DNA from: Verrucomicrobiota bacterium
GTDB taxonomy: Bacteria > Verrucomicrobiota > Verrucomicrobiia > Limisphaerales > UBA9464
Reading direction: 5' to 3'
Assembly (NCBI GenBank): GCA_947464705.1
Contig: CANHYD010000001.1
Coordinates: 1 to 39,851, forward strand
Length of the DNA stretch: 39,851 nucleotides
The position numbers and the translations under genes were made by a program. Position 1 is the first letter of the stretch. Each line of letters opens with the position of its first letter. Positions 1 through 9,013 of the stretch are shown one piece after another. The notes beneath the pieces were generated by a model that saw only the letters and a list, made by a program, of their open reading frames with translations, had not been told where the DNA came from and searched no databases.

Positions 1-393
1 GACACTCAGGCCGCCACGATGGATCGCCCGGTGGCCGCGCTGATCCAAGATCTGAAGCAGCGAGGCATGCTGGAGGACACCCTCTTTGTCTGGTCGACGG
101 AGTTCGGCCGGAGTCCCGTCACCCAGGGCGTTGATGCCCCGGGACGGGATCATCATCCGAGTGTGTTCACCTCCTTTTTGGCGGGTGCTGGAGTCCGGCC
201 GGGGTATCAGTATGGGTCGTCCGATGAGATCGGTTACTCGGTGGGCGAGAATCGGGTGAGCATCCCGGATTTCCACGCGACGATTCTCCACCTCTTGGGC
301 ATCGATCACGAAAAACTCACCTTCTACCACAACGGCATCAATCGACGTCTGACCGATGTCCACGGTGAGGTGATCCAGGGAATTCTGGCCTGA
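1..393 (+). CDS. DUF1501 (sulfatase-like) protein, C-terminal part; 5' end lies outside the window
   Basis: The frame is open from the window edge. Motifs WSTEFGRSP, GRDHH, FHATILHLLGIDHEKLTF and GRxxRLTDVHGEVI are typical of the DUF1501 C-terminus. Confidence 0.8.
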   Translation, partial: DTQAATMDRPVAALIQDLKQRGMLEDTLFVWSTEFGRSPVTQGVDAPGRDHHPSVFTSFLAGAGVRPGYQYGSSDEIGYSVGENRVSIPDFHATILHLLGIDHEKLTFYHNGINRRLTDVHGEVIQGILA

Positions 394-484
394 GGGGCGG
401 TCCTGATCGGTTGCATCCGGAATCTCCCAAGGTTGACTTCGGCCCGTGCGCCGCTATTGCTCCGCCCGTCCTTTTTTAAACGCC

Positions 485-772
485 ATGGCCACGATCACCA
501 TTCTGCCCACCCAGAAGTCCGCCGAAGTCCCCGATGGAGAGTTGCTGGTGGAGGCCGGCGAGTTGGCCGGAGTAGAAATGGAGGCCGGCTGTTTCAATTG
601 CTCCTGCGGCACCTGCGCCGCCGAGGTGGTCTCCGGCATGGAGAATCTCTCGCCCCCCACCGACGAAGAGTTGGACGTGCTGGATCAGTGGAACAAAGAC
701 CCCGAGCGATTCCGTCTGACCTGTTGTGTCCGCCTGATGAAGGATCAATGCACCTTGCGCGCCGGTCATTGA
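485..772 (+). CDS. 2Fe-2S ferredoxin-like protein
   Basis: Cys cluster CFNCSCGTC (C-x4-C-x2-C) plus a downstream LTCC cysteine. Size is about 95 aa. ATG 485 (MATITIL) is preferred over GTG 446. Confidence 0.7.
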   Translation: MATITILPTQKSAEVPDGELLVEAGELAGVEMEAGCFNCSCGTCAAEVVSGMENLSPPTDEELDVLDQWNKDPERFRLTCCVRLMKDQCTLRAGH

Positions 773-860
773 TCCGCACTGCCTGAACCGTCGGTTTCGG
801 GTAAACCAGCCAATCGACGGTTGCCGATGACGGAGTAGAACCTCCAGACTGCTGCGCAAC

Positions 861-2057
861 ATGAAGTCTGGTTCTCCGCTGCTGGTCATCTTTCTAACGG
901 TCTTCATCGATCTGATCGGATTCGGCATCTGCCTGCCGTTGCTGCCCAAATACGCGGAGCGATACGGCGCCCAAGGATGGCAGATCGGCGCGGCCATGGG
1001 GGTGTATTCGCTCATGCAGTTGGTGTTTGCTCCGTGGTGGGGGCAATTGAGTGACCGGATCGGGCGGCGGCCGGTGCTGCTGGTGAGCAACTTCGGCTCG
1101 ATCATCGCCTACGGGCTCTTTGGGCTTTCGGCGAGCTACGTCGGAGACACTGGTTTCTGGATTCTCGTGGGTTCCCGTATCTTTGCTGGCATTTGTGGCG
1201 CCAATTTATCCGTCGCCTCCGCCTTCATCGCCGACGTCACCACCCCCGAAAAGCGCTCCAAAGGGATGGGGCTCATTGGCATGGCCTTCGGTTTGGGCTT
1301 CATTCTGGGGCCGGTCCTTGGGTCGCAGGCCTTCAAGCACTTCGGGTTGGCAGGGCCCGGAGCCGTGGCCGCGGGCATTTGTGCGCTGAATTTCTTGTTG
1401 GGCTGCTTCATTCTGCCGGAAACACGAAAGAAGGACGCCGTTCCCGCCATCCGACGTCCGCGATTGGCCCAGATCCGCCACGTGCTAGGCATGAAGGAGG
1501 TCGGATTCTTGATCGGCATCTACTTCCTCGGGACCTTCGCCTTCACGGCTTTCGAATCCACCCTGCCCTTGCTGTTGGACACCAAGCTGCACTTTGACGA
1601 GGAGCATGTCGGTTATGTCTTCGCCTTCTGTGGCATCATGGCTGCCCTCGTTCAGGGCGGAGGCATCGGACGCCTGGTCAAATCTTTCGGTGAGCGCCGC
1701 CTGATTGGGGCGAGCCTCATTGTGGTGGCCGTAAGCCTAGTACTCATGCCCTTGGCCAACTCCTTGACCACAATGCTCGCGGCCCTGGCTGTTTTTGCCA
1801 TCGGATCGGGCATCAACCGCGCGCCCACCATGGGCCTCATCTCGCAACTCAGCCCGGTGGACGAACAAGGAACCACGCTCGGAATCGCCCAAAGCGCGGG
1901 CACCCTGGCCCGCGTGCTCGGACCGACGGTGGCCACGACCCTCTACGACCTGTGGTTGCCGGCCCCTTACCTGGCCTGCGCCACCATCGCCCTGCTGGCC
2001 GGACTGCTTGCTGCGCTGCGCCTAATGGGGTCCACTGCAAAATCCCCATCGGCATGA
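861..2057 (+). CDS. MFS transporter (TetA-like drug/H+ antiporter type)
   Basis: Multi-TM hydrophobic pattern throughout. MFS motif A is present as GQLSDRIGRRPVLL after TM2. Confidence 0.85.
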   Translation: MKSGSPLLVIFLTVFIDLIGFGICLPLLPKYAERYGAQGWQIGAAMGVYSLMQLVFAPWWGQLSDRIGRRPVLLVSNFGSIIAYGLFGLSASYVGDTGFWILVGSRIFAGICGANLSVASAFIADVTTPEKRSKGMGLIGMAFGLGFILGPVLGSQAFKHFGLAGPGAVAAGICALNFLLGCFILPETRKKDAVPAIRRPRLAQIRHVLGMKEVGFLIGIYFLGTFAFTAFESTLPLLLDTKLHFDEEHVGYVFAFCGIMAALVQGGGIGRLVKSFGERRLIGASLIVVAVSLVLMPLANSLTTMLAALAVFAIGSGINRAPTMGLISQLSPVDEQGTTLGIAQSAGTLARVLGPTVATTLYDLWLPAPYLACATIALLAGLLAALRLMGSTAKSPSA

Positions 2058-3349
2058 AATACGTTTTCCTCAGTCTAATGACCGCGGCCTCAGTGCTGGC
2101 GGCCGACAAAAACTGGCCCGAATTCCGCGGGCCTCGAGGCGATGGCGTTAGCACCGCAGCGAAGCTCCCGCTGAAGTGGTCCGAGCAGCAGAACGTGGCG
2201 TGGAAGACCGCGGTCCATGACAAAGGGTGGTCATCACCGGTGATCTGGGGCGATCAGGTTTGGGTGACCACGGCGACCGAGGATGGCCGCCGGCTCTATG
2301 CGCTGTGCTTCGACCGGGATTCCGGGAAGGCGGTTCACGACATCCTGGTCTTCGAAGCCGAGCAACCGGATCTTTGGAAGCGGTACAACAGCTATGCCTC
2401 GCCCACTCCGGTCATCGAAAAAGGCCGGATTTACGTGTCGTTTGGCGAAGCAGGTACGGCCTGTTTGGATACGCGCTCTGGCAAGAAGCTGTGGGAGCGC
2501 CGCGACCTGAAGTGCAACCACTTCCGGGGAGCGGGCTCATCGCCGATCCTGCATCAGGGGGCCCTCTTTCTGAACTTCGATGGCAGCGACCGGCAGTTCT
2601 TGGTCGCGTTGGACGCCAAGACCGGAACCACCCGCTGGTTGAAGGATCGATCGGTTGACTACAAAGACCTCGGGCCCAACGGTAAGCCCGAGGCCGATGG
2701 CGACATGCGCAAAGCCTTCGCCACCTGCTCGGTAACCACGGTGGACGGCATTCCGCATCTGGTCAGCCAGGGAGCCAAGGCGGTGTACGGGCTGGATGCC
2801 CGGGATGGACGCGAGTTGTGGCGGGTCGAGGAGCGCACCAGCCATTCGGCAGGAACGCGTCCCGTGATCGGGCATGGCTTGATCTTTGTTCCGAGCGGAT
2901 GGTCGCAAGGACAAACTCTGGCCATTCGCCCTCATGCTGCCGGTACGGTGCTGGACGCCAATGGGGAGTCTGCTCCCGTGGGCGGTGTTCAGTTGGCATG
3001 GAAGTCCAAGCGGGGCACGCCGAAGAAACCGTCGTTGACGTTGGTTGGCGATCTCCTCTTCGGAGTTGAAGATGGCGGTGTGGCCAATTGTTGGGAGGCC
3101 ACCACCGGTAAGCTGGTCTGGAGCGAGCGGTTGGGAGGCAATTACTCGGCCTCACCCTTGGCCACTCGGGATCGACTTTATTGTTTCAGCGAAGGGGGCG
3201 CCGCGGTCGTGATCGCCGCTGATCGGACGTTTCGTCGTTTGGCCGACAACCAGCTCGATGGAGGCTGCATGGCTTCCCCTGCGGCCGCTGGCGAGGCTCT
3301 CTGGGTTCGGACACAAACCCACCTCTATCGGATCGAAGACCACCGCTAA
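2054..3349 (+). CDS. Secreted PQQ-like (BamB-like) beta-propeller repeat protein
   Basis: ATG 2054 overlaps the MFS stop (ATGA). Signal peptide is MKYVFLSLMTAASVLAA. Recurrent blade motifs are seen: AWKT, KLWERR, TRWLKD, ELWRVE, LVWSE. Confidence 0.7.
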   Translation: MKYVFLSLMTAASVLAADKNWPEFRGPRGDGVSTAAKLPLKWSEQQNVAWKTAVHDKGWSSPVIWGDQVWVTTATEDGRRLYALCFDRDSGKAVHDILVFEAEQPDLWKRYNSYASPTPVIEKGRIYVSFGEAGTACLDTRSGKKLWERRDLKCNHFRGAGSSPILHQGALFLNFDGSDRQFLVALDAKTGTTRWLKDRSVDYKDLGPNGKPEADGDMRKAFATCSVTTVDGIPHLVSQGAKAVYGLDARDGRELWRVEERTSHSAGTRPVIGHGLIFVPSGWSQGQTLAIRPHAAGTVLDANGESAPVGGVQLAWKSKRGTPKKPSLTLVGDLLFGVEDGGVANCWEATTGKLVWSERLGGNYSASPLATRDRLYCFSEGGAAVVIAADRTFRRLADNQLDGGCMASPAAAGEALWVRTQTHLYRIEDHR

Positions 3350-3362
3350 AACTTCTGCGCCA

Positions 3363-3396
3363 CGGACTCGGGATGAAGTAGGGCGTTCCGAGTCCG
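3363..3396 (+). terminator. Perfect 9-bp stem hairpin 14 nt after the propeller gene stop; possible terminator or RNA structure
   Basis: CGGACTCGG (3363-3371) pairs with CCGAGTCCG (3388-3396) across a 16-nt loop. No U-tract follows. Confidence 0.25.
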
Positions 3397-3516
3397 ATTG
3401 ACTCTCACGGGGATCACCATGCATGCGAAAAATGCGTCGATCCCATGAATAGATTTCTTCGGTTCGCAGCAAACTCCGAGATTCTCCTGATTCCAATCCG
3501 GGTGTATTCCTAAGGA

Positions 3517-4956
3517 GTGCTGAGCGCTTACGACCCGAGCGGCTACTTCGATGAGATGTCCCCGCAAACCGGCAGTTTCCGGAAACCCTACGAAACGTTC
3601 GCGCAGCGCTTCCAACAGATCACTCCCGAAGACTTTGACGATCGCCGTCGTGCTGTGGACACGGCGTTCCTGCGGCAAGGCATCACCTTCAATGTTTACG
3701 GCGACTCGGCAGGCACCGAGAAGATTTTCCCGTTCGATTTGATGCCGCGGATCATTTCCGCGAAGGAGTGGGAGTATTTGGAGCGAGGCCTCATTCAGCG
3801 CATCACCGCGTTGAATTTGTTTCTCCATGACATCTACCACGAGCAACGGATCCTGAAAGACGGCGTGGTGCCGCCCTACTTCGTGCTGTCGGCCAAGCAC
3901 TTCCGTCGCGAGTTCGTCAATTTCAGCGTCCCCAAGGACATTTACATCCACATTTGCGGCTCTGACCTCATCCGCGGCGGGGATGGACAATGGATGGTGC
4001 TCGAAGACAACGGGCGTTGTCCGTCGGGTGTCAGTTACGTGCTGGAAAACCGGCGCGCCATGAAACGGACCTTCCCGGCGATGTTCGAGAGCGTTGGTGT
4101 GCGGCCAGTCGACCAGTACCCGCAGGAATTGCTCAAGATGTTGCAATACATCGCTCCCTCGGGTGTGGCCGACCCGACAGTGGTGTTGCTCACGCCCGGT
4201 GCGTACAACTCGGCGTACTTCGAGCACACCTACTTGGCTCGGGAAATGGGTATCGAGATCGTGGAGGGCCGGGATCTGGTGGTGCGCAATGCCCGCGTCT
4301 TCATGCGGACCACCAAGGGGTTGCAACCAGTCCATGTCATCTACCGGCGGGTGGATGACGACTTTATCGATCCCACCGTATTCCGTCGGGATTCGATGCT
4401 GGGAGTCCCCGGGTTGGTCCACGCCTACCGATCGGGCAATGTGTCGCTGGCCAATTCCATAGGCACGGGGATCGCCGACGACAAGGTGATGTATTATTTC
4501 GTGCCGCGGATGATCAAATACTACCTGGATCAAGACCCGATCATCCCCAACGTTCCCACCTACCTGGCCAGCGAAGAAGCCGACCGGAAATACATGCTGG
4601 CCAACCTCGACAAGCTGGTGGTGAAGGCTGCCAACGAGTCCGGCGGCTACGGCATGCTCATGGGCCCCATGGCCTCGGCGGCAGAGCGGGAGGCCTTCCG
4701 TGGTGCCATCGAGAAAGATCCCCGCAATTACATCGGTCAGCCGATGATCAATCTCTCCACCCACCCGACCCATGTGGGCGGGGGGCGGTTCGAGCCGCGG
4801 CACATCGACTTCCGTCCCTACATCTTGTACGGAGAAAAGCCCATGATCATCCCCGGAGGCTTAACCCGGGTAGCACTGACCAAGGGCTCCCTGGTGGTCA
4901 ATTCCTCCCAAGGCGGAGGCAGCAAGGACACCTGGGTGCTCTACGGCGACGAATAA
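3517..4956 (+). CDS. Circularly permuted ATP-grasp type 2 protein (former DUF404/DUF407 family)
   Basis: GTG start is the first possible start after an in-frame TAA. Motifs: [61 protein letters not shown]. Confidence 0.85.
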   Translation: MLSAYDPSGYFDEMSPQTGSFRKPYETFAQRFQQITPEDFDDRRRAVDTAFLRQGITFNVYGDSAGTEKIFPFDLMPRIISAKEWEYLERGLIQRITALNLFLHDIYHEQRILKDGVVPPYFVLSAKHFRREFVNFSVPKDIYIHICGSDLIRGGDGQWMVLEDNGRCPSGVSYVLENRRAMKRTFPAMFESVGVRPVDQYPQELLKMLQYIAPSGVADPTVVLLTPGAYNSAYFEHTYLAREMGIEIVEGRDLVVRNARVFMRTTKGLQPVHVIYRRVDDDFIDPTVFRRDSMLGVPGLVHAYRSGNVSLANSIGTGIADDKVMYYFVPRMIKYYLDQDPIIPNVPTYLASEEADRKYMLANLDKLVVKAANESGGYGMLMGPMASAAEREAFRGAIEKDPRNYIGQPMINLSTHPTHVGGGRFEPRHIDFRPYILYGEKPMIIPGGLTRVALTKGSLVVNSSQGGGSKDTWVLYGDE

Positions 4957-4980
4957 CCGCAATCCACCACCCCGACGACC

Positions 4981-6024
4981 ATGCTCTCCCGAGTCGCCAA
5001 TTCCCTGTACTGGATGTCCCGGTACATCGAGCGCGCCGACAACACGTCGCGCATCGTCGATGTCAACCTGCAGTTGCTCCTGGATCATCGGAGCATGAAT
5101 TCGCAGCAGTTCTCCGAGCACTGGCTGCCCATCATCGAAGCGACGGGTGATCCATCGGCCTTTTGGAAACTCAAGGATGTCGCGACGGCCGAAACCGTGA
5201 CGGACTACCTGGTCTTCGAACCCAAGAACACCAATTCGCTCCTCGCGTCCATCTCACAGGCGCGAGAAAACGCCCGCATGGTCCGGGACCAGTTGACCAC
5301 AGACATCTGGGAAGAGCTCAACCGCCTTTACCTCTACCTGCATTCCCAGAAGGCTCGGGAAGAGTGGGAAACCAGCCCCTTTGTTTTCCTCCACGAGGTC
5401 AAATCCAGCTCGCTGACCCTCCAAGGCCTGACCGACGCCACCATCCCGCACAATGAAGGATGGTTGTTCCTGCAAGCGGGCAAATTCCTCGAACGGGCCG
5501 ACATGACCTCCCGCATTCTCGACGTGCGCCACGGGCTTCTGCCGGAGCGAGGGGTTCCTTCGGCCGTGAGTCAGGTAGACGCTCTGGCTTGGGCTTCGGT
5601 CCTCCACTCATGCAGTGCCTGGGATGCTTACAAATCCATCCATGGAGCCGAGGTGCACCCACGGTTGGTCGCTGAATTTCTGATGCTGTCGGATAATTTC
5701 CCCCGATCGGTCAAATTCTGTGTCGAGCGGCTGAACCGATCGCTGCGAAGGATTTCTGGGGTCGCTGACGGTCGATTCTGCAATGACTCTGAAAAGTTGG
5801 CCGGCCGGTTGGTTGCTCAGCTCCAGTTCGGAACCATCGACGAGGTCTTCCAACTGCTGGGGTTGCATCAGTACATCGATGCGTTGCAAATCCAGTTGAT
5901 CGACATCGGCAATGCCCTCTTCAACGCCTATATCTTTCAACCCTTCCAGAACCTGGAGGCCGAGATTCTCGTTCAGCAGGAAGAACAACAACAGCAGAGT
6001 CTGGCACCTTCGCAGACCGCTTGA
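4981..6024 (+). CDS. Alpha-E domain protein (former DUF403)
   Basis: Hallmark N-terminus MLSRVANSLYWMSRYIERADNTSR. It lies directly downstream of the ATP-grasp gene, as is usual for this pair. Confidence 0.85.
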   Translation: MLSRVANSLYWMSRYIERADNTSRIVDVNLQLLLDHRSMNSQQFSEHWLPIIEATGDPSAFWKLKDVATAETVTDYLVFEPKNTNSLLASISQARENARMVRDQLTTDIWEELNRLYLYLHSQKAREEWETSPFVFLHEVKSSSLTLQGLTDATIPHNEGWLFLQAGKFLERADMTSRILDVRHGLLPERGVPSAVSQVDALAWASVLHSCSAWDAYKSIHGAEVHPRLVAEFLMLSDNFPRSVKFCVERLNRSLRRISGVADGRFCNDSEKLAGRLVAQLQFGTIDEVFQLLGLHQYIDALQIQLIDIGNALFNAYIFQPFQNLEAEILVQQEEQQQQSLAPSQTA

Positions 6025-6153
6025 ATCGGCGCGCTGGAGCCGTCGGTGTCGTGAATGAACCGGTCTCTGTCGAGACGGCTCGCAAAGTCCCACTCTCATT
6101 GCCTTGCGAGTGGTCTTTGACTTCGGAGCCAACCTCCCGTTTCTTGTGTGCGC

Positions 6154-6477
6154 ATGTCGTTCGACGGTAAAAAACTTGGGATCCTGATCTCTGCGCCGCC
6201 CGAAGCCCCGGCCTTCCTTCACGGGGTCCGTTTCGCAGCAACCGCACTGAAGGCGGGTTGCTCGGTTTACCTCTATTGCATCGATTCAGCCGTAGCGGGT
6301 GTGGGCCACCCGGAGTTGCAGGCTCTGCGTCCGCAGGGGCTGAAGTTTTACGCGTGCGCCTATGGAGCACACCACCACGGCGTCCCCGTCGATGATCGAG
6401 CGATCTTTGCCGGACTGACCGTGGTGAGCGACCTCATCGCCAGCACCGACCGATTCGTCAGTTTCAACGCACCATGA
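6154..6477 (+). CDS. DsrE/TusD-like sulfur-relay family protein
   Basis: FYACAYGAHHHGV aligns to the active-site Cys block (ICVAAALRRGV) of TusD. The C-terminal GLTVVSDLIASTDRFVSF aligns to GLGALAEASLTCDRVVQF. ATG 6154 is preferred over GTG 6148. Confidence 0.65.
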   Translation: MSFDGKKLGILISAPPEAPAFLHGVRFAATALKAGCSVYLYCIDSAVAGVGHPELQALRPQGLKFYACAYGAHHHGVPVDDRAIFAGLTVVSDLIASTDRFVSFNAP

Positions 6478-6824
6478 AGCCCCGGGTTCTGATTGTCGTG
6501 GAATCGAATCCTCGGACCAGCGGTCGGCCGGCCGAGGCCATACGAGTCGCTGCAGGTATCGGTACCTGGAAGAAGGTTGAGGTGCTCCTCTACCTGCGAG
6601 GCGCTGCCATTCTCTCGTTATCGGAGTATTCCGATGAGTGGATCGACGAGGACAACTTCAGTCGGTACCTGCCGATTCTTCAAGAATGGGGACGACCGGT
6701 TTACGTCCAAAAGGGCGCGCCCGAGTTGGCGCTGTTGGGCGAGGCTTTGACCTCATTCGAAGAAGTTTCCGATGCCCAATGGGCCTCGTTGGCCGGCCAA
6801 TCTACCTACGTGCTCCGATTCTGA
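6474..6824 (+). CDS. DsrF/TusC-like protein
   Basis: ATGA overlap with the preceding gene. The N-terminus MKPRVLIVVESNP...GRPAEAIRVA and the C-terminal YVLRF parallel TusC (...VILRF). Confidence 0.6.
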   Translation: MKPRVLIVVESNPRTSGRPAEAIRVAAGIGTWKKVEVLLYLRGAAILSLSEYSDEWIDEDNFSRYLPILQEWGRPVYVQKGAPELALLGEALTSFEEVSDAQWASLAGQSTYVLRF

Positions 6825-6837
6825 GCCTCCGCGTCTC

Positions 6838-7017
6838 ATGAAGCAAATCCTTCACATCCTGACCCAACCCGCGTCCCCCGCTGTGGAACAGCTGATCTGC
6901 GACCAGCGCCAAACGGCGGATCAGGAGGTTTTGGTCCTCTCGTTGAACCAGGCCTCTCCCGATTACCAACTCCTTTTGGAGAAGGTCTTTCAGGCCGATT
7001 CCATTGAGTGCTGGTGA
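6838..7017 (+). CDS. Short DsrH/TusB-like protein (59 aa)
   Basis: MKQILHIL start and terminal ECW resemble TusB (MLHTLH...MAW). It is third in a DsrE/F/H-order trio. A Cys sits at residue 21. It is much shorter than canonical DsrH. Confidence 0.4.
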   Translation: MKQILHILTQPASPAVEQLICDQRQTADQEVLVLSLNQASPDYQLLLEKVFQADSIECW

Positions 7018-7048
7018 ATCCCACCGGCTTCCGACGGAGACCGACCTT

Positions 7049-7426
7049 TCAAGTAAAGTGCTCCCAGAGAGACGGACTCGGTGCCGGAGTGCCATAGCTC
7101 CGACGCAATTGGTGCGACTGCTTGAGCATGACGTTGGAATGCTGACGCTCGCCTTCCAAAGCCAACAGGGCCCGCTGGAACTCCAGCCCCATCGCTGCCT
7201 CTTGTTCCAGTACGGCCCTCAGGTGCCGTCGCTGATCCGCTGTCAACGCGTGGCTGGGTGGTAGAAGTCCCTCAAGGGCCCGCTGGCAGTTGGATTTTCG
7301 CTCCAGAATCGACTCCACTTCGGTCCAATCCTGATGCGAAATCGCCTCCTTCAAAAGTCCGTTGAACTCTTCCCAAGACCGCAAGGTGTTTTGGATCAGG
7401 TCTGAGACCGCCGGGATGGTATCCAT
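7049..7426 (-). CDS. FliT-like flagellar chaperone (putative)
   Basis: ATG 7426 overlaps the fliS stop by 1 nt. The protein is 125 aa and looks helical. The segment HQDWTEVESILERKSNCQRALEGLL resembles the FliT W..l...l..R motif. It is positioned after fliS. Confidence 0.45.
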   Translation of the reverse strand: MDTIPAVSDLIQNTLRSWEEFNGLLKEAISHQDWTEVESILERKSNCQRALEGLLPPSHALTADQRRHLRAVLEQEAAMGLEFQRALLALEGERQHSNVMLKQSHQLRRSYGTPAPSPSLWEHFT

Positions 7427-7899
7427 CAGGCACTCATGTTGAACTTGACCCGTTCGGAAGACGGCGCACTGGTGGGACGAGTTGGGGCTGACTCCACAAC
7501 GGATCCAGAGATTTGAGCGGCCAACATCTCGCGCCATGCCTCTTGGATGACTTGCAGGTGGCGTTGAGCTTCCTTCAGAGGGGCCGGATCCTTACGAAGA
7601 TTGCCCTGGATCAAGTGGTCCCCAATGTAGCCGTACAGACCGAAGAGCTTCCGGGAAAAGTCACCGCCTACCTCCAGATCCAAAGCCACTCGCAGTTGGG
7701 AGACAATCGCCGCCGCCTTGGTAATTTGGTTATGAACGGTCTGCTGACGCAGGCCGAAATCGTCGATTTCGAACCCATCCACGGCTCGCTGGATAGCAAC
7801 CACCGCACCATCCAGCAGCATCTGAACGATACGTTGCTTCGAGACGCTGGCCTCCGTGGCGGAACGGTAGGCCGCGAACGCAGTACGGGCCTGTGACAT
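7426..7899 (-). CDS. fliS: Flagellar export chaperone FliS
   Basis: AYRSATEASVSKQRIVQMLLDGAVVAIQRA and ITKAAAIVSQLRVALDLEVGGDFSRKLFGLYGYI match the conserved FliS helices. Confidence 0.85.
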   Translation of the reverse strand: MSQARTAFAAYRSATEASVSKQRIVQMLLDGAVVAIQRAVDGFEIDDFGLRQQTVHNQITKAAAIVSQLRVALDLEVGGDFSRKLFGLYGYIGDHLIQGNLRKDPAPLKEAQRHLQVIQEAWREMLAAQISGSVVESAPTRPTSAPSSERVKFNMSA

Positions 7900-7922
7900 A
7901 GGCTCAGGTTTCTGAATTCAAT

Positions 7923-8192
7923 TCAGACCTTTGAAAGACCAAAAAGATTCGCAATGCGATCCACACCATCCAATGGAGGGTAGGCACTATCCGGGCTGGC
8001 TTTGCGGACCAGTTCTTTGACCATCTTGAAATCATTCTCCGCTCGCACCTTGGCTTGGATCAACTCCTCGCGCGAGATCTTCGGGGCCGGTCGCAAAGAA
8101 ACCGATTCACCCGGCTCGGGCGGTCGGCCCGTTTTGACCTTGGTCTCTGTGGACAGGGTCGGTTCCTGAGTTTTTATGGCTTCTATTTTCAC
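7923..8192 (-). CDS. Small flagellar-cluster protein of unknown function (FlgM- or FlaG-like position)
   Basis: GTG start is preceded by GAGGAGG 4 nt upstream. It lies between the fliD-lipoprotein pair and fliS. There is no convincing family motif. Confidence 0.5.
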   Translation of the reverse strand: MKIEAIKTQEPTLSTETKVKTGRPPEPGESVSLRPAPKISREELIQAKVRAENDFKMVKELVRKASPDSAYPPLDGVDRIANLFGLSKV

Positions 8193-8212
8193 AATACCTC
8201 CTCAGCCAAGAG

Positions 8213-8238
8213 GTTGCGGCAGGATCAGCCTGCACTTA
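8213..8238 (-). promoter_or_regulatory. Candidate sigma-28 (FliA) promoter for orf89-fliS-fliT-like
   Basis: The minus strand reads TAAG-N14-GCCGCAAC against the consensus TAAA-N15-GCCGATAA. It lies in the only sizeable gap (65 nt) of the minus-strand cluster. Confidence 0.3.
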
Positions 8239-8257
8239 AGGGGAAATGTGATTCCCA

Positions 8258-9013
8258 TCAGGATTTTTTTGACTGAGGCCCCGAGGAGGCCTTCTGGAGG
8301 TCATTGGTCGTGGCCAAAGGACTCGGTGCCGGTTGGAAATCCCTCTTGAGCAGGCGCACAGTCCGCGAAACGCCGTATCGGATGAAGCGCTGCGGACTGT
8401 CCACCGATAACGCCGGTGGTGGATCGGTCTCGATACCCATGGATTCTCTCAGGTATTTTCTGGCGTCATTCAAGGTGGGGGCCTCTCCGGCATTGAATCC
8501 GTCATCGAACTGCCAAAGCACTACCCCGTCATGGACTCGGACGAGACTGAGTTTGATCCCGATTCGCAGGGGTGGGTAGGGCTGGTAGGTCGACAGGCTG
8601 GAAAACAGGATCGCATCCGCCGAAGTCTGCCGTTGGACATCCTGCAGCAGTTGGCTCGGGAGAGCCTCGGTGGTCCGCAATTCCAAGGCACCCTGCAACC
8701 AGCGTCCTTTGGGCGGCGTGTAAAACACCGCCTCAAACGGGCCGTCTTGTCTCAGTTCGGCAATCAAACCCGCCTGAACCTCGGTGGCCGCTTCGGATTG
8801 GGGTGTTCCCAAGCCACCTTCCGGCAAGGCCGTGGGCAGAATGGCCACACGCGAGACGGTTTTCAGGGAGTCAAAACCCACCGAAGAGTGGTTGTACTGG
8901 GTCCGAAAGGGGCCGGTGTAGGAAGGGTCCGTCAGCCGCTTGGCCACTGAGCTGCAACCCATGGCCAGACAAAGCGCCACTCCCAGATTAAGGACATGCA
9001 CCGGCCGGATCAT
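8258..9013 (-). CDS. Lipoprotein of unknown function embedded between fliD and fliS
   Basis: Lipobox LAMGC after a signal peptide. There is a 4-nt overlap with the fliD stop. The pattern VAILP...ADAILFSSLSTY...IKLSLVRVHDGVVLW resembles LpoB/TolB-N/DUF799-type lipoproteins. Confidence 0.65.
   Translation of the reverse strand: MIRPVHVLNLGVALCLAMGCSSVAKRLTDPSYTGPFRTQYNHSSVGFDSLKTVSRVAILPTALPEGGLGTPQSEAATEVQAGLIAELRQDGPFEAVFYTPPKGRWLQGALELRTTEALPSQLLQDVQRQTSADAILFSSLSTYQPYPPLRIGIKLSLVRVHDGVVLWQFDDGFNAGEAPTLNDARKYLRESMGIETDPPPALSVDSPQRFIRYGVSRTVRLLKRDFQPAPSPLATTNDLQKASSGPQSKKS

Noticed and set aside
802-830. Sigma-28-like motif TAAA-N17-GCCGATGA upstream of the MFS transporter gene
   Set aside because: The -10 element is 7/8, but the spacer is 17 nt instead of about 15. 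The downstream gene is not flagellar. It cannot be separated from chance without TSS data.
3346-4803. 485-aa ORF on the minus strand
   Set aside because: It is antisense to the ATP-grasp gene, which has clear family motifs. The product is His/Arg/Val-rich with no recognisable domain. This is a typical shadow ORF of GC-rich DNA.
6037-6113. Several short inverted repeats after the alpha-E gene: GAGCCGTC/GACGGCTC, GTCTC/GAGAC and CCACTC/GAGTGG followed by TCTTTGA
   Set aside because: The stems compete with one another and are short, with long loops. Only the last is followed by a weak T-run. This is insufficient to call a terminator, though one may exist here.
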